Below, in pieces: positions 34,001 to 49,100 of a DNA stretch of 64,000 nucleotides. The notes below the pieces were generated by a model. It was given only the letters and a program-made list of their open reading frames with translations. It did not search any database and was not told the origin of the DNA. Position 1 is the stretch's first letter, and each line of letters opens with the position of its first letter. This DNA is from Macrostomum hystrix (Eukaryota > Animalia > Platyhelminthes), in assembly GCA_950097015.1 (NCBI GenBank), contig CATNEN010000003.1:5084001-5148000 (forward strand), read 5' to 3'. The translations under genes were made by a program, and so were the position numbers.

Positions 34001-37000
34001 TTGGGACATGCTCTCCCACTTCCAGATCCAAAGTCGTGACGCCGATTACTTCAATTAAACTGCCGTTGGCTGTCGTGACCCGGGCGAATGCTCCGCGGAG
34101 GAGCTGCAGCCTGCCCCGAAGCTGTAAGAACCTTGCTTCGGACATGACGGTACAGGACACTCCTGAATCTAGCAGCGCGGACACTTGACCGCCTCCGGCG
34201 AGTTTTAAATCAAGACTGATGTTGGGGTGATGCTGATGTACGCCTGTGGCAACCTCTGTTTGGTGGGGCCGTCGCCACCAACCGATGAGGCCACCGAGTT
34301 GGTGGACGCCGATGTGGTCACTCCAGTTGAATGCGTGGTCGGATTGACACACAATGCTGTAGTAAGACCAGTTGTTGGTTTGATGGTGTTCATGTGAGAT
34401 GAAGCAGTAGGGTAGGTTGATGACGCGATAGTGCTGACGAACGATGATGCAGTAGGGGTGGTTGATGGTGCGATAGTGTTGACGAACGATGATGCAGTAG
34501 GTATGGTATATGACGCAAAGGATGACACAGTCAAAGATGACTTTAATGACGCATGATGACGCTCTCGCAGCTTCGCACCTGGGGGGCCTTCATCGCGTCC
34601 GGACCTCACTTCCCCCACCACAGATCCGGAGTACCGTTTCCCTCCGCACGACAGCTGGCCGCCACATGCCCAATACTACCGCACCAGTAGCAGCGAACAG
34701 CGTGGTAGGCCCTGGCCCTTGGTGGGGGTCCTGCCGCTTTTTTCGGACACTCCCTGGCCACATGACCATTCTGACGACACGTCCAACACTCGACGTCTCC
34801 CTGCGGACAGCCTTTGACGGCTGACTTGGCCGGTCTTCGATTCCACCGGATGACGGTTTGGCCTGTTGCAGCTGCTTCTCCAGCTCCTTGATCCGTGCTC
34901 GCAGCGCGCCGACCTGGTCCTCTGATGCCTCTTCTGGGGTGGATCCCAGGGCGTTGAACACGGCTGTCTTCCCCTTCGCCGAAATTTCGGCGTGAGCTGC
35001 CCAGAGCGCTGCGTCAAGCTGGCGAGTGCTGCGAATTGCGGCGGTCAGATCAGCTGGCCGGCTGAGAAATAGCTTCTCCCAAACGGCCTCTGGTACCCAG
35101 GCCCCTTTTAGGAATCGATCCTTGGCCAGCTCCGACCTAGCCTCCTGGTCGATCGTCGGGTAAGCGTTGCGCACTATCTCGAGCAGAGCGTCGCCATATG
35201 CCTCCATCCACTCCTTCGGATCTTGGTCCCGACCGGACAGCCCAACCTGTAGTCCTGCAGCGTCCGGTATTGACTGAACCTCTGAAGTAGTTGTTCCGTG
35301 AATCCCTGGTAGTCCTGATTCTCTTCGAACGACATATTGTCGACTGCTGCATAGGCTGTGCCGAGGTCCAACAGAGTCATCAGATGCGGTCTGCGCTCCT
35401 CCTCCTCGATTCCACTCGCCTCGCAGAACTCGTTGAAGGTCCTCAGCCACAGCCGGAAGTTCATCCCTGTCACACACTTGGCTGGCTTTGCCACGCACGG
35501 CAGTCCATGGTGCAAATTTTCACGCAACCTATCCATCAGCGCACCAATCAGGTCGTCGATACCAGCCATCGGTCACAGTACAGCAGCGCGAGACTTTCCA
35601 ATGCACAATTGAGAAGCTCAGCTCCGAGTTCGCTTCAGCCAGCACAGCAATAACCCCCAGACTATCAATAAACACAATAGACAATACACAATTCAAACAG
35701 ACACTCGCCTTCACAACTCACAGGCACAGCAGGCCCCACATTGGGCGCCAATTTGTTGTACTCGCGACTTCCCGGAGGGGTGCACCTAGGAAGGTCAGAG
35801 TACGAGGGCCCATGCTGGCGCGAGTGTCCGCATGGGACCCTAAGTCTGGGGAGTCAGGATGCACCCAAGTGGCCGGCACAAGTGTAGTGACACTGTGATG
35901 TCAATCACCTTCAGCAAGGAATCAGGGCGCACGAGCTGGCGTCTAAGTACAGCGTGGGGTACAGTACAGGGTGACCCCTGGCTGACTACCTGGTCTAGTC
36001 CCCCCTCCTTAGTCGGCGTCAGGACACACGGACGGTCCTAGCTACAGCCCCCCCGAAATGAAGGAGACATGTGACTTACTTCACTTATAGCTCGCACTCG
36101 CGCGTGGGGTCAATTGCTTGCAGCTGATGTCTGTTTGTGGCTGGCAGACCGGTTACTCAATATTTATTGTTTGTGTGTGGGGGACGGGTTATCAAAATGG
36201 TAGTCAGGCGTTGTAGAGCGCGAAGCACGGGGCAGCCACCCGCCCCCGGCTGCGCCTTTATAGGCCACGCTCCAACCCACCACCCCAGCCCAGCTACCCA
36301 CAGGCCAATCAAGGCGCAGCTGGGGGAGGGGCAGCCTGGGCGAGGGCCACACAGGGCGGCCCAGCCAACCAGCGCGCAGACAACACAATGGCGGCTAAGC
36401 GGCTTACACCGCTGAGCCTCTAACGCCAAAAACAAGTTTTTAACAAAAACAACAAGCTTCAAATCAAAATAAATGCAAAATGAAGAAATGTAAAACAGAG
36501 AAATTGAAATATATATTTGCAAATTAATTTGATTATCTTTTATGTAAAAATAGACAATTTAAAAAAATTTATTGCAGCAAAAATAATTTCCAGTAAAGCT
36601 AATTTCTTATTAATTATTTTTTTGGAAACTGGTAACAAAACAGGTAATGGGAAATGCACAATGTTGGTACTGACTCATTACCATCATTTTTGTTACCCAC
36701 CCATGGTAATGGGAAGAAGTAAAATAGCAAAAAAGTAACAATTGTTTCCAAGTTAGTAAATAGCAATGAGTCGAATAATGTGTCATTGTCCACAGCTATC
36801 CTGCAATTATTTGTTATTTTTATCTAGTTACCTTTCATATTTTGTTACTTGTATTAAAGTTTAAGTGATTTTTTTTACAAAAATTTAATTTTGAGTGTTT
36901 TACAGTTCTTGAATTTAAGGATACAATCAGAATAATCTTTCATTTTATAGATTAGTCATAAAATTAAAATAGCAAGTTATTGCTATAAATAGAAGTAAAA

Positions 37001-37143
37001 AGCTATATAACATTTTACTATAATATTCATTTTACAAATTTACTACCACAGTGCACAAAGCAAATTACCGAGTTCAATGCCTATGCTCAGCTAGCGGTGG
37101 TGCAGCTGACATACACTTAGCCACCGAGTCTTCTTCAACGCAG

Positions 37144-37185
<42 letters not shown>

Positions 37186-40100
37186 ACTGCTTCTGGAACA
37201 AGCCAGACAACCCCAGTTGGGGGAGCGTCCTCTATTGAGGTGCCGTTAAGACCTAGATTCAAAATGACGTCAGCAGTTGAGAATGCTGCCACATGGCGTC
37301 TAGGAGAACAGGTTGCTCTTGGTAATAGGCGCCTGTTGGAACAGGTGTTAGAGGAATGGGACAGAAGGTATGCCGATCAGTTGTTAAGCCTGCAACAGAG
37401 AGAGATGATGCCGCACAATGCTCAGTCATCATTGGATGCTGCCGGCAATGGCAGACACTCTAGTGGCGGAGTTGGCGACAGTATGGACTCAGATGAGTTC
37501 GCTTTTCAACTGGAAACTTGCGAAACTTGTCGAAATTGTTGTCGTAAGTTAAACTGATTGTTAAAAAATTGCATTGATAGTCGATATTCCGAGTCATTTC
37601 TACTGATCTCCTTTTGTCGATAAACCTATCCTTTATTTAATAATTTCTGGAAATCGATTACACGATTAATATTCCGCTACTGCTTAAAAAGTAGATAATC
37701 CAACTGCCTTTTACTAATCTTTTTAACTATTCACTATTCTATTTTAGATGATAATTCAATCCATGTTCACTTATTCCTTAGCACTGAATCCCTAAGCATC
37801 AGAAGACGATAATCCGACCCCTTTTCAATAATTCCTTCGTAGACGATAATCCGATTCCTTTTTATTAATACCTTTATAGTAGCCGATGCCTATTCACTAA
37901 TCCATTGATATTATATAATCGAATGCCTAAACACTACCCTTTTGCTAGTCGATAATCCAACGCCTATTCACTAATCCATTGCTAGTCGATAATCCAATGC
38001 CTATTTAACAATCCACTGATAGTCGATAATCCAGTGCCTATTCACAAATCCAATTATAGTCGATAATCCGATGCCTATTCACTAATCCATTGATAGTCGA
38101 TAATCCGATGCCTATTAACTAATCCATTGATAGTCGATAATCCAGTGCCTATTCACTAATCCATTGCTAGTCGATAATCCAATGCCTATTTAACAATCCA
38201 CTGATAGTCGATAATCCAGTGCCTATTTACTAATCCATTGATATTCGATTATCCGATGCTTAATAACTAATCCAATGCTAGTCACTAATCCGACTGTTTA
38301 CATTTTCTCCGATTCTCTAGTGAATCGCTTCATGCAGCAGATGCAAGAGATCGAAGCTCGGTCACTAACCAAGCTGCAGTCGCTGGGCCAGCTAGTCCGC
38401 GAACTGGAAGACTTCGAAGGCACAACGCGACTGCAGGAACAGATGCGCGATTTGGAATTTCAGAAGAGCCGACTGGAAGAGAAGACTCGAGTGCTCGAGC
38501 TGCAGCAGCGCGCGTCCGCTTCTTCTGGCCCGTCTAGGTAACTTACTCACCTGTCCTTTCATGCACCAGTCTTGAGATCCCTACCTCTAAATTGCAAAGA
38601 TTGCAAATCTCAGTTCTTTTATTTTTAGTGCGGTTATTAGATCCCAATTTTCTAATACTTTTATCCTAAGTTCTTTGTGATCCAAAAATTCCTCATCCTT
38701 TATCCCAAGTTCTTTGAGATCCCAATTTCCTAATCCTTTTATTCCAAGTTCTTTAAGATCCCCAATTCCCAATCCTTTTATCCCAAGCTCTTTGAGATCC
38801 CAAATTCCTAATCCTTTTATCCCATGTTCTTTGAGATCCCAATTTCCACATCCTTTATCCCAAGTTCTTTGAGATCTCAATTTCCACATCCTTTATCCCA
38901 AGTTCTTTGAGATCTCAATTTCCACATCCTTTATCCCAAGTTCTTTAAGATCCCAAGTTCTTTAAGATCCCAAGTTCTTTAAGATCCCAAGTACTTTAAG
39001 ATCCCAAGTTCTTTAAGATCCCAAGTTCTTTGAGATCCCAAATTCCCAATCCTTTTATCCCAAGATCTTTGAGATCCCAATTTCCTCATCCTTTATCCCA
39101 AGTTCTTTAAGATCCCAAGTTCTTTAAGATCCCAAGTTCTTTAAGATCCCAAGTTCTTTAAGATTCTAGTTCCTAATTCTTTCATCCCAAGTTCTAAAGT
39201 ATTTTTGTGTCCCAATTTTTTATACCTAACTTTCAAATCCTTCAATTAAAAAAGAAGAATATTATTGTTCGCTTAATTTTAAGATACCTTAGCAACGGTC
39301 ACCAAGGCCGCCTGCAGCAGCAGTCGCTGGGTAGCAGGCACAACAGCAACAACAAATTCCAACAATTCGCCACATTAGCTTTTGTTGAAGAAGATTTGCT
39401 AAACGATCTCACTGACGAGCCAATCAATGAGGAAGTTGGCAATTATCCGGCTCTGTCTATGGTACCCAGGTCGGAATTGGATAGAGCAGCAGCTGAGACG
39501 GCACTTCTTGGTCGTCAGTTGAAAGAATTGGAAGCCAAAATCAAGTCGAAGAATAATTGTCTGGACGGCGAGACTCAGACAATTATAATTGGCGATGATA
39601 TTATTGACAATCTGCCGAATCAATTGACACCTGCATCGATTGAACAAGAAGAGGAGCAAGTTGATCGACCGCTGTTTGAGATTTCTCGAGCCATCGCCAA
39701 CTCGGTTGTTTCATGCGCTGAATCTACTGTCAACTTAGAACAGAAGCTTAACGAATCTAGACAACTCTGCGAACAGTTGCAGCTCGACAAGGCTGAACTC
39801 ATGGATCAGATTGAGAAGGCTAAGCTTGACTTGCAGGCCGAGTTTCAAGCCGAAATGATTCGACGCGAGGCACAATGGCTGACTGAGTGCGAAGCTAAAC
39901 TGGCCGCTCATCAGGCTAGATTGGAGGCGGCACGGGATGCCACATGCGGCGCGGAGGTGAGCGCCAATTTTTGTTCTCTGATTGGCTGGTTTCTGGTTAG
40001 TGAGTTCTGATTGGCTGGTTTCTGGTTAGTGAGTTCTGATTGGCTGGTTTCTGGTTAGTGAGTTCTGATTGGCTGGTTTCTGGTTAGTAAGTTCTGATTG

Positions 40101-43100
40101 GCTGGTTTCTGGTTAGTGAGTTCTGATTGGATGGTTTCTGGTTAGTGAGTTCTGATTGGCTGGTTTCTGGTTAGTGAGTTCTGATTGGCTGGTTTCTGGT
40201 TAGTGAGTTCTGATTGGCTGGTTTCTGGTTAGTGACTTCTGATTGGCTGGTTTCTGGTTAGTAAGTTCTGATTGGCTGGTTTCTGGTTAGTGAGTTCTGA
40301 TTGGATGGTTTCTGGTTAGTGAGTTCTGATTGGCTGGTTTCTGGTTAGTGAGTTCTGATTGGCTGGTTTCTGTTTAGTGAGTTCTGATTGGCTGGTTTCT
40401 GGTTAGTAAGTTCTGATTGGCTGGTTTTTGGTTAGTGAGTTCTGATTGGATGGTTTCTGATTAGTGAGTTCTGATTTGCTGGTTTCTGGTTAGTGAGTTC
40501 TGATTAGGGTTTTTGATTGTTAATGAGTTCTGATTGGCTGGTAGCTGGTTAGTCCTGTCTGATTAGCTATTTATCGATTGGCGGCTTCTCATTACCATCT
40601 AAGTTGATGGTTTGTGTTTTATAATTATATTTTTTATAATTGACGTTTTCTAATTGACTGATTGTTGGTCAATAATTGGCGTCTTCTGATTGGCTGATTG
40701 TCGGTTGGTGTGTTCTAATTGGCTCGTTGGTTATCTGTGTTTCTATCGGCTGGGTGATGATCGGTGCTTTCTGATTCGTTTGTTGATCGTTGGTATTATT
40801 TATTGGCCTTATTAGGTTTTATCACTTTTCATCGACTTACAACCTTCGCAAACGATCCTAAATCCAACTTTCTAAAACGCGCACAAAATAAGTCGCGAAG
40901 GACTCGTACAGTACTCGGCGTGAGACAGTTCAGCTATCAAACAGTCAGCGATAGAATCATGGTAATTAGTTGGAAAATAACAGTTCTTATAGTTATCAGT
41001 TATTCTTGGTTCTTTTTTAAAGCTGTTTGTTCGTACTTTTTTGCCTAAAAACGTGAAATATTTAAATACTACTTTCAGTAGAAAAAAAACTTTTTTTCGT
41101 TTTTCATTTCGCAGTCTGAGGAGTTGGCAAATCTACAGCGCCAACTCGAATCCGGCCGTGCCGAGATAGACTCTTTAAGAATCGAACTCGCGACCTGTAA
41201 AGCAGATTTAGCCGAACGACGCGTACTAGCTGACACTTTGACTGCTCAGTTAGCGGAATTGCAAAGTACACACAATGCACTTTTAGATGCTACTAGTACC
41301 AATAGCGACAATGATTCACCCACCAAACAAGCGGCTCAATTAGAGGAAATTGAAAGGTTACACAATCAGGTAGACGATTTGACTTTGGCGCTGAACAACG
41401 CCCGTCAGCATCTGGAAGAGCTGCAGCTCGATAAGCTGCGTGCTAAAACTCAACGACACCAACTTCTGACAGCTGACAGTATCGAAGAAGACATCGACGA
41501 AGATCTTGAATCTAGTTCGCCAAGATCTGCGAAAGCTATTGCTGCTGTGGCGACTTCCGAGGAAGCTGAGAATCGTCCGCCAGCAGCTGGTAGGAGATCA
41601 CAGATAGAGTGCGTCGATTCGCATAGCAGCGACTCCCTAACCGAAGCCTGCGACGAGGGTCGCCTGGACGAATTGAACGATTTAGTTAATGCTCAAAATG
41701 AGGAGATTCATTCGCTGAGAAGCCAGTTGAACGGCCTTCAGGACCGTCTGGCCGCCTGCGTTGATGCCGCCGCGGCGGCTGCCGCCATCGACGCTCCATC
41801 CGAGCCATCAGGCGTGGTGCATTCCGACTGTCACGGCGGCGTTGCGCCCGAAGCTGCAGCTGTCGATGTCACAGATTTGATCACCATCAATGCTACGGAC
41901 TCTGGTGCTGTTTCGGGCCCAATCTCTGACGCCACTTCGTCGTGCGGCATTTCAGAGGCAACCACTGTCGCTGCGTCTTCAAATGCCGACACTGCAGAGA
42001 TAGATTCACTTAAAGCCGAATTGGAATCACTCAGAGGTCGTTTAGAATCTGTCACAGACGACTATGAGGCTAAACTAGCTAAACTGCAGGATGAGTATGA
42101 AGCTGAAATTCAGCGCATTCAGGAAGGTGAGCATTGTGTTGGATGAAGAGGTGCTGTTGTCATTCCTATTGTAGAATCCCCTCAGTTTGATAGTTAGTTG
42201 TCCCTTTAATTTGATAATTATCCCCTCAGTTGGATAATTATACCCTCAGGTGGATAGTAATACCCTCAGTTTGATAGTTATCCCCTAGGTTTGATAGTTA
42301 TCCCCTCAGTTTGATAGTTAGTTGTCCCTTTAATTTGATAATTATCCCCTCAGTTGGATAATTATACCCTCAGGTGGATAGTAATACCCTCAGTTTGATA
42401 GTTATCCCCTAGGTTTGATAGTTATCCCCTCAGTTTGATAGTTATCCCCTCAGTTTGATAGTTATCCCTCAGTTTGATAGTTATCCCCTCAGTTTGATAG
42501 TTATCCCCTCAGTTTGATAGTTATCCCTCAGTTTGATAGTTATCCCCTACGTTTGATAGTTGTCCCCTCAGTTTGATAGTTATCCCCTCAGTTTGATAGT
42601 TATCCCCTACGTTTGATAGTTATCCCCTACGTTTGATAGTTATCCCCTCAGTTTGATAGTTATCCCCTACTTTTGATAGTTATCCCCTCAGTTTGATAGT
42701 TATCCCCTACGTTTGATAGTTATCCCCTACGTTTGATAGTTATCCCCTCAGTTTGATAGTTATCCTCTCAGTTTGATAGTTATCCCCTCAGTTTAATAGT
42801 TATCCCCTCAGTTTCAGAGTTATCCCCTCAGTTTGATAGTTATCCCCTCAGTTTGATAGTTATCCCCTCAGTTTGATAGTTATCCCCTCAGTTTGATAGT
42901 TATCCCCTCAGTTTGATAGTTATCCCCTACGTTTGATAGTTGTCCCCTCAGTTTGATAGTTATCCCCTACGTTTGATAGTTATCACCTCAGTTTGATAGT
43001 TATCCCCTCAGTTTGATAGTTATCCCCTACGTTCGATAGTTGTCCCCTCAGTTTGATAGTTATCCCCTAGGTTTGATAGTTATCCCCTCAGTTTGATAGT

Positions 43101-46100
43101 TATCCCCTCAGTTTGATAGTTATCCCTCAGTTTGATAGTTATCCCCTACGTTTGATAGTTGTCCCCTCAGTTTGATAGTTATCCCCTAAGTTTGATAGTT
43201 ATCACCTCAGTTTGATAGTTATCCCCTCAGTTTGATAGTTATCCCCTACGTTTGATAGTTATCCCCTCAGTTTGATAGTTATCCCCTCAGTTTGATAGTT
43301 ATCCCCTCAGTTTGATAGTTATCCCCTACGTTTGATAGTTATCCCCTACGTTTGATAGTTATCCCCTCAGTTTGATAGTTATCCCCTACTTTTGATAGTT
43401 ATCCCCTCAGTTTGATAGTTATCCCCTACGTTTGATAGTTATCCCCTACGTTTGATAGTTATCCCCTCAGTTTGATAGTTATCCCCTCAGTTTTATAGTT
43501 ATCCTCTCAGTTTGAAAGTTATCCCCTCAGTTTGATAGTTATCCCCTCAGTTTGATAGTTATCCCCTCAGTTTGATAGTTATCCTCTCAGTTTGATAGTT
43601 ATCCCCTCAGTTTAATAGTTATCCCCTCAGTTTCAGAGTTATCCCCTCAGTTTGATAGTTATCCCCTACGTTTGATAGTTGTCCCCTCAGTTTGATAGTT
43701 ATCCCCTACGTTTGATAGTTATCACCTCAGTTTGATAGTTATCCCCTCAGTTTGATAGTTATCCCCTACGTTTGATAGTTATCCCCTCAGTTTGATAGTT
43801 ATCCCCTCAGTTTGATAGTTATCCCCTCAGTTTGATAGTTATCCCCTACGTTTGATAGTTATCCCCTACGTTTGATAGTTATCCCCTCAGTTTGATAGTT
43901 ATCCCCTACTTTTGATAGTTATCCCCTCAGTTTGATAGTTATCCCCTACGTTTGATAGTTATCCCCTACGTTTGATAGTTATCCCCTCAGTTTGATAGTT
44001 ATCCCCTCAGTTTTATAGTTATCCTCTCAGTTTGAAAGTTATCCCCTCAGTTTGATAGTTATCCCCTCAGTTTGATAGTTATCCCCTCAGTTTGATAGTT
44101 ATCCCCTCAGTTTGATAGTTATCCCCTCAGTTTGATAGTTATCCCCTCAGTTTGATAGTTATCCCCTACGTTTGATAGTTATCCCCTCAGTTTGATAGTT
44201 ATCCCCTACTTTTGATAGTTATCCCCTCAGTTTGATAGTTATCCCCTACGTTTGATAGTTATCCCCTACGTTTGATAGTTATCCCCTCAGTTTGATAGTT
44301 ATCTTCTCAGTTTTATAGTTATCCTCTCAGTTTGAAAGTTATCCCCTCAGTTTGATAGTTATCCCCTCAGTTTGATAGTTATCCCCTCAGTTTGATAGTT
44401 ATCCTCTCAGTTTGATAGTTATCCCCTCAGTTTAATAGTTATCCCCTCAGTTTCAGAGTTATCCCCTCAGTTTGATAGTTATCACCTCAGTTTGATAGTT
44501 ATCCCCTCAGTTTGATAGTTATCCCCTCAGTTTGATAGTTATCCCCTCAGTTTGATAGTTATCCTCTCAGTTTGATAGTTATCCCCTCAGTTTGATAGTT
44601 ATCCCCTACGTTTGATAGTTATCCCCTACGTTTGATAGTTATCCCCTCAGTTTGATAGTTATCTTCTCAGTTTTATAGTTATCCTCTCAGTTTGAAAGTT
44701 ATCCCCTCAGTTTGATAGTTATCCCCTCAGTTTGATAGTTATCCCCTCAGTTTGATAGTTATCCTCTCAGTTTGATAGTTATCCCCTCAGTTTAATAGTT
44801 ATCCCCTCAGTTTCAGAGTTATCCCCTCAGTTTGATAGTTATCCCCTCAGTTTGATAGTTATCCTCTCAGTTTGATAGTTATCCCCTCAGTTTGATAGTT
44901 ATCCCCTCAGTTTAATAGTTATCCCCTCAGTTTCAGAGTTATCCCCTCAGTTTGATAGTTATCCCCTCAGTTTGATAGTTATCCCCTCAGTTTGATAGTT
45001 ATCCTCTCAGTTTGATAGTTATCCCCTCAGTTTGATAGTTATCCCCTCAGTTTGATAGTTATCCTCTCAGTTTGATAGTTATCCCCTCAGTTTGATAGTT
45101 ATCCTCTCAGTTTGATAGTTATCCTCTCAGTTTGATAGTTATCCTCTCAGTTTGATAGTTATCCTCTCAGTTTGAAAGTTATCCTCTTAGTTTTATAGTT
45201 ATCCTCTCAGTTTTATAGTTATCCTCTCAGATTGATAGTTATCCTCTTAGCTTAATAATTATCCCCCCAGTTTAATAATTATCCCCCCAGTTTAATAATT
45301 ATCCCCTCAGTTTAACATTTATCCCGTCAGTTCGATAGTTATCTCGAGATGTATTAGCTTGTCCTATGATACAAACGCTTATACTTAGATATTATAAATA
45401 TCTGACCATTATAATCCATCCCAAAAGCGAGACTCCAATTTTTGACCATAGACATTTAGACTCAGTTAGTTTTGTCAATCCTTACCTTTAGGAAGTTTTC
45501 ACTTTAGCTTCAAAGTTTTTAAGACAGATTTGTGAAAAAGCGATATTCAAATTGCAGATAATGACGAAGCAATGGATCGCAGCCTAATGGAGGCTTTGGC
45601 CAGGCAGTCTGAATTGCGCGAATCAAAAGAAGAAGAAATTGAAGCAATGGAAGCGAAGCACAAATCAGAACTGGAACATATTGAGCAGAAATATGGGGAA
45701 GAGTTTGACGAACTCGAGTCTCATCACAATGTAAGTCGTCTGGTCTTTATCTTTTTTCTAATCTCTTATCTAATTAATCTGCCCATAAAAACCTAAATCT
45801 ACCCACCCACTCTTAAGCAGTTCAGGCACCCATCTTACCCACACTCAGGTAGTTCAGGCTCCCATCTTACCCACACTCAGGTAGTTCAGGCACCCATCTT
45901 ACCCACACTCAGGTAGTTCAGGCTCCCATCTTACCCACACTCAGGTAGTTCAGGCTCCCATCTTACCCACACTCAGGTAGTTCAGGCTCCCATCTTACCC
46001 ACACTCAGGTAGTTCAGGCACCCATCTTACCCACACTCAGGTAGTTCAGGCTCCCATCTTACCCACATTCAGATAGTTCAGGCTCCCATCTTACCCACAC

Positions 46101-49100
46101 TCAGGTAGTTCAGGCACCCATCTTACCCACACTCAGGTAGTTCAGGCTCCCATCTTACCCACACTCAGGTAGTTCAGGCACCCATCTTACCCACATTCAG
46201 GTAGTTCAGGCTCCCATCTTACCCACACTCAGGTAGTTCAGGCTCCCATCTTACCCACACTCAGGTAGTTCAGGCTCCCATCTTACCCACACTCATGTAG
46301 TTCAGGCACCCATCTTACCCACACTCAGGTAGTTCAGGCTCCCATCTTACCCACACTCAGGTAGTTCAGGCACCCATCTTACCCACACTCAGGTAGTTCA
46401 GGCTCCCATCTTACCCACACTCAGGTAGTTCAGGCTCCCATCTTACCCACACTCAGGTAGTTCAGGCTCCCATCTTACCCACACTCAGGTAGTTCAGGCT
46501 CCCATCTTACCCACACTCAGGTAGTTCAGGCTCCCATCTTACCCACACTCAGGTAGTTCAGGCACCCATCTTACCCACACTCAGGTAGTTCAGGCACCCA
46601 TCTACTCACACTACCAACACCTAAATAGTCAGAAATTTTAAAACCTTTTCTTATTTAATTGACACCATTTCTTTAGACAAACGCAGCTGTCGAGAAACGA
46701 AAGAGCAAATCGGTACTATTTACAAATTACAATAAATATGACTTTTTACGGCATAATAGGAAAAATTGTTTATAAAAAAATTGTCGAGATTGTTATAGTT
46801 CTGATTCTTGTTCATATTATGATTGCAAAATAATAATTTTTTTGTTTTTAATATTTTCGGAATATGAGAGCCGGTTGTTTTGTTGTATATTTTCAATCAC
46901 AATTATCACCATTCTGATAAGAGTGAAAATTTGTAGAGTAGATTTTGATGAACTATACCTACCTATTCACACACAACATCGTCTTAACTTAATTGTTTCA
47001 AATTGATGTTCTTTTATTTTGTTTTAATTCACGTGATTATAAAACATTTTTTTCTACGAGCGTATGAAACTTAAAACAGGAAATTAAAACAAATTAAATT
47101 TCTATTTCGCATTAACTTCAGACCGAGCTTAGAGAAGTGCAGCAAAGATTGACTGCCAAGTTTAACAAGGAGAAGGCTGAACTACTTGCCAGCTTCGAGG
47201 TTAGTTTGAGAACTGCAATGAATTTTGCTCGTGTTCTGACACTTCTCCCTCTCCCTCTCTCACCCTCCATCAGTCTCACCTTCCTCCCTTCACTCTCACC
47301 TTCCTTCCCTTAGACTCACCAATCTCCCTTCACTCTCACCTTCCCCCCTTCACTCTCACCTTCCTCCCTTCACTCTCACCTTCCTTCCTTCACTCTCACC
47401 TTCCTCCCTTCACTCTCACCTTCCTCCCTTCACTCTCACCTTCCTTCCTTCACTCTCACCTTCCTCCCTTCACTCTCACCTTCCTCCCTTCACTCTCACC
47501 TTCCTTCCTTCACTCTCACCTTCCTCCCTTCACTCTCACCTTCCTCCCTTCACTCTCACCTTCCTTCCTTCACTCTCACCTTCCTCCCTTCACTCTCACC
47601 TTCCTCCCTTCACTCTCACCTTCCTCCCTTCATTCTCACCTTCCTTCCCTTAGTCTCACCCATCTCCCTTCACTCTCACCTTCCCCCCTTCACTCTCACC
47701 TTCCTCCCTTCACTCTCACCTTCCTCCCTTCACTCTCACCTTCCCCCCTTCACTCTCACCTTCCTCCCTTCACTCTCACCTTCCTTCCCTTAGACTCACC
47801 TTCCTCCCTTCACTCTCACCTTCCTCCCTTCACTCTCACCTTCCCCCCTTCACTCTCACCTTCCTCCCTTCACTCTCACCTTCCTCCCTTCACTCTCACC
47901 TTCCTTCCCTTAGACTCACCTTCCTCCCTTCACTCTCACCTTCCCCCCTTCACTCTCACCTTCCTCCCTTCATTCTCACCTTCCTCCCTTCATTCTCACC
48001 TTCCTCCCTTCACTCTCACCTTCCTCCCTTCACTCTCACCTTCCTCTATTCACTCTCACTTTCCTCCCTTCATTCTCACCTTCCTCCCTTCATTCTCACC
48101 TTCCTCCCTTCACTCTCACCTTCCTCCCTTCATTCTCAACCTCCCTCTCTTGACTTTTATAAACCAATATTATCCCTCTCTTTACTATTATCAGCCAATA
48201 TTATCCCTCTCTTGACTATTAGGCTCAGTTGGAGAGCGTTTGCAGCGCCAAAGCAGAATTAGAAGAGCGACTCAAAGAACAACGGCAGAAGCCAACCACA
48301 ACCCTGCTTGACGCCTGCTCTCAGTTTGAGGCCGGGGAGACGCCTCCACTTGTGTCGCACGATACTATGTGAGTTGAGCTTTGGAATTGAGTCCGTCATA
48401 GCCCCTCTAAAACATTGTAGCTAAATTTGGTCATTACCCCTTCAAAAACCTTGTATTTTACATCGGTCATTGCCCTTTCAGAAACCTTGAAGTAAAAATC
48501 GGTCATTTCCCTTTCAGAAACCTTGAAGTTAAAATCGGTCATTACCCCTTCTATAACCTTGTAGTTAGAATCGGTCATTACCCCTTCTATAACCTTGTAG
48601 TTAGAATCGGTCATTACCCCTTCTGAAACCTTGTAGTTAGATTCAGTCATTACCCCTTCTATAACTTTGTAGTTAGATATGGTCATTACCCGTTCTGAAA
48701 CCGTGTAGTTAGAATCGGTCATTACCCCTTCTGAAACCTTGTAGTTAGATTCAGTCATTGCCCCTTCTATAAATTTGTAGTTAGAATCGGTCATTACCCC
48801 TTCAAAAAGCTTGCATTAAAAATCGGTCATTACACCTTCTATAACCTTGTAGTTAGAATCAGTCATTACCCCTTATGAAACTTTGTAAAATCGGTCATTA
48901 CCCTTTCGAAAATCTTGTAGTTAAAATCGGTCATTACCCCTTATGAAACCTAGTAAGTTAAAGCCGGTCATTACCCCTTCTGAAACCTTGTAGTTAGAAT
49001 CGGTCATTACCCCTTCTGAAACCTTAAAGTTAAAATCGGTCATTACCCCCTCAGAAACCTTGTAGTTAAATCGGTCATTACCCCCTCAGAAACCTTGTAG

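Larger units (their letters stand above)
32770..36434 (-). mobile_element. Internally deleted Ty3/gypsy element, antisense in intron 2 of the coiled-coil gene
   Basis: 5' LTR 35754-36434 (TG..CA), PBS, frameshifted gag and protease, pre-RT segment, then a partial diverged LTR copy at 32770-32916. No RT core, RNase H or integrase visible. Confidence 0.9.

Noticed and set aside
42175-45340. CRISPR-like appearance of the short repeat arrays
   Set aside because: Units are head-to-tail with no unique spacers, no cas genes are present, and the context is spliceosomal introns.
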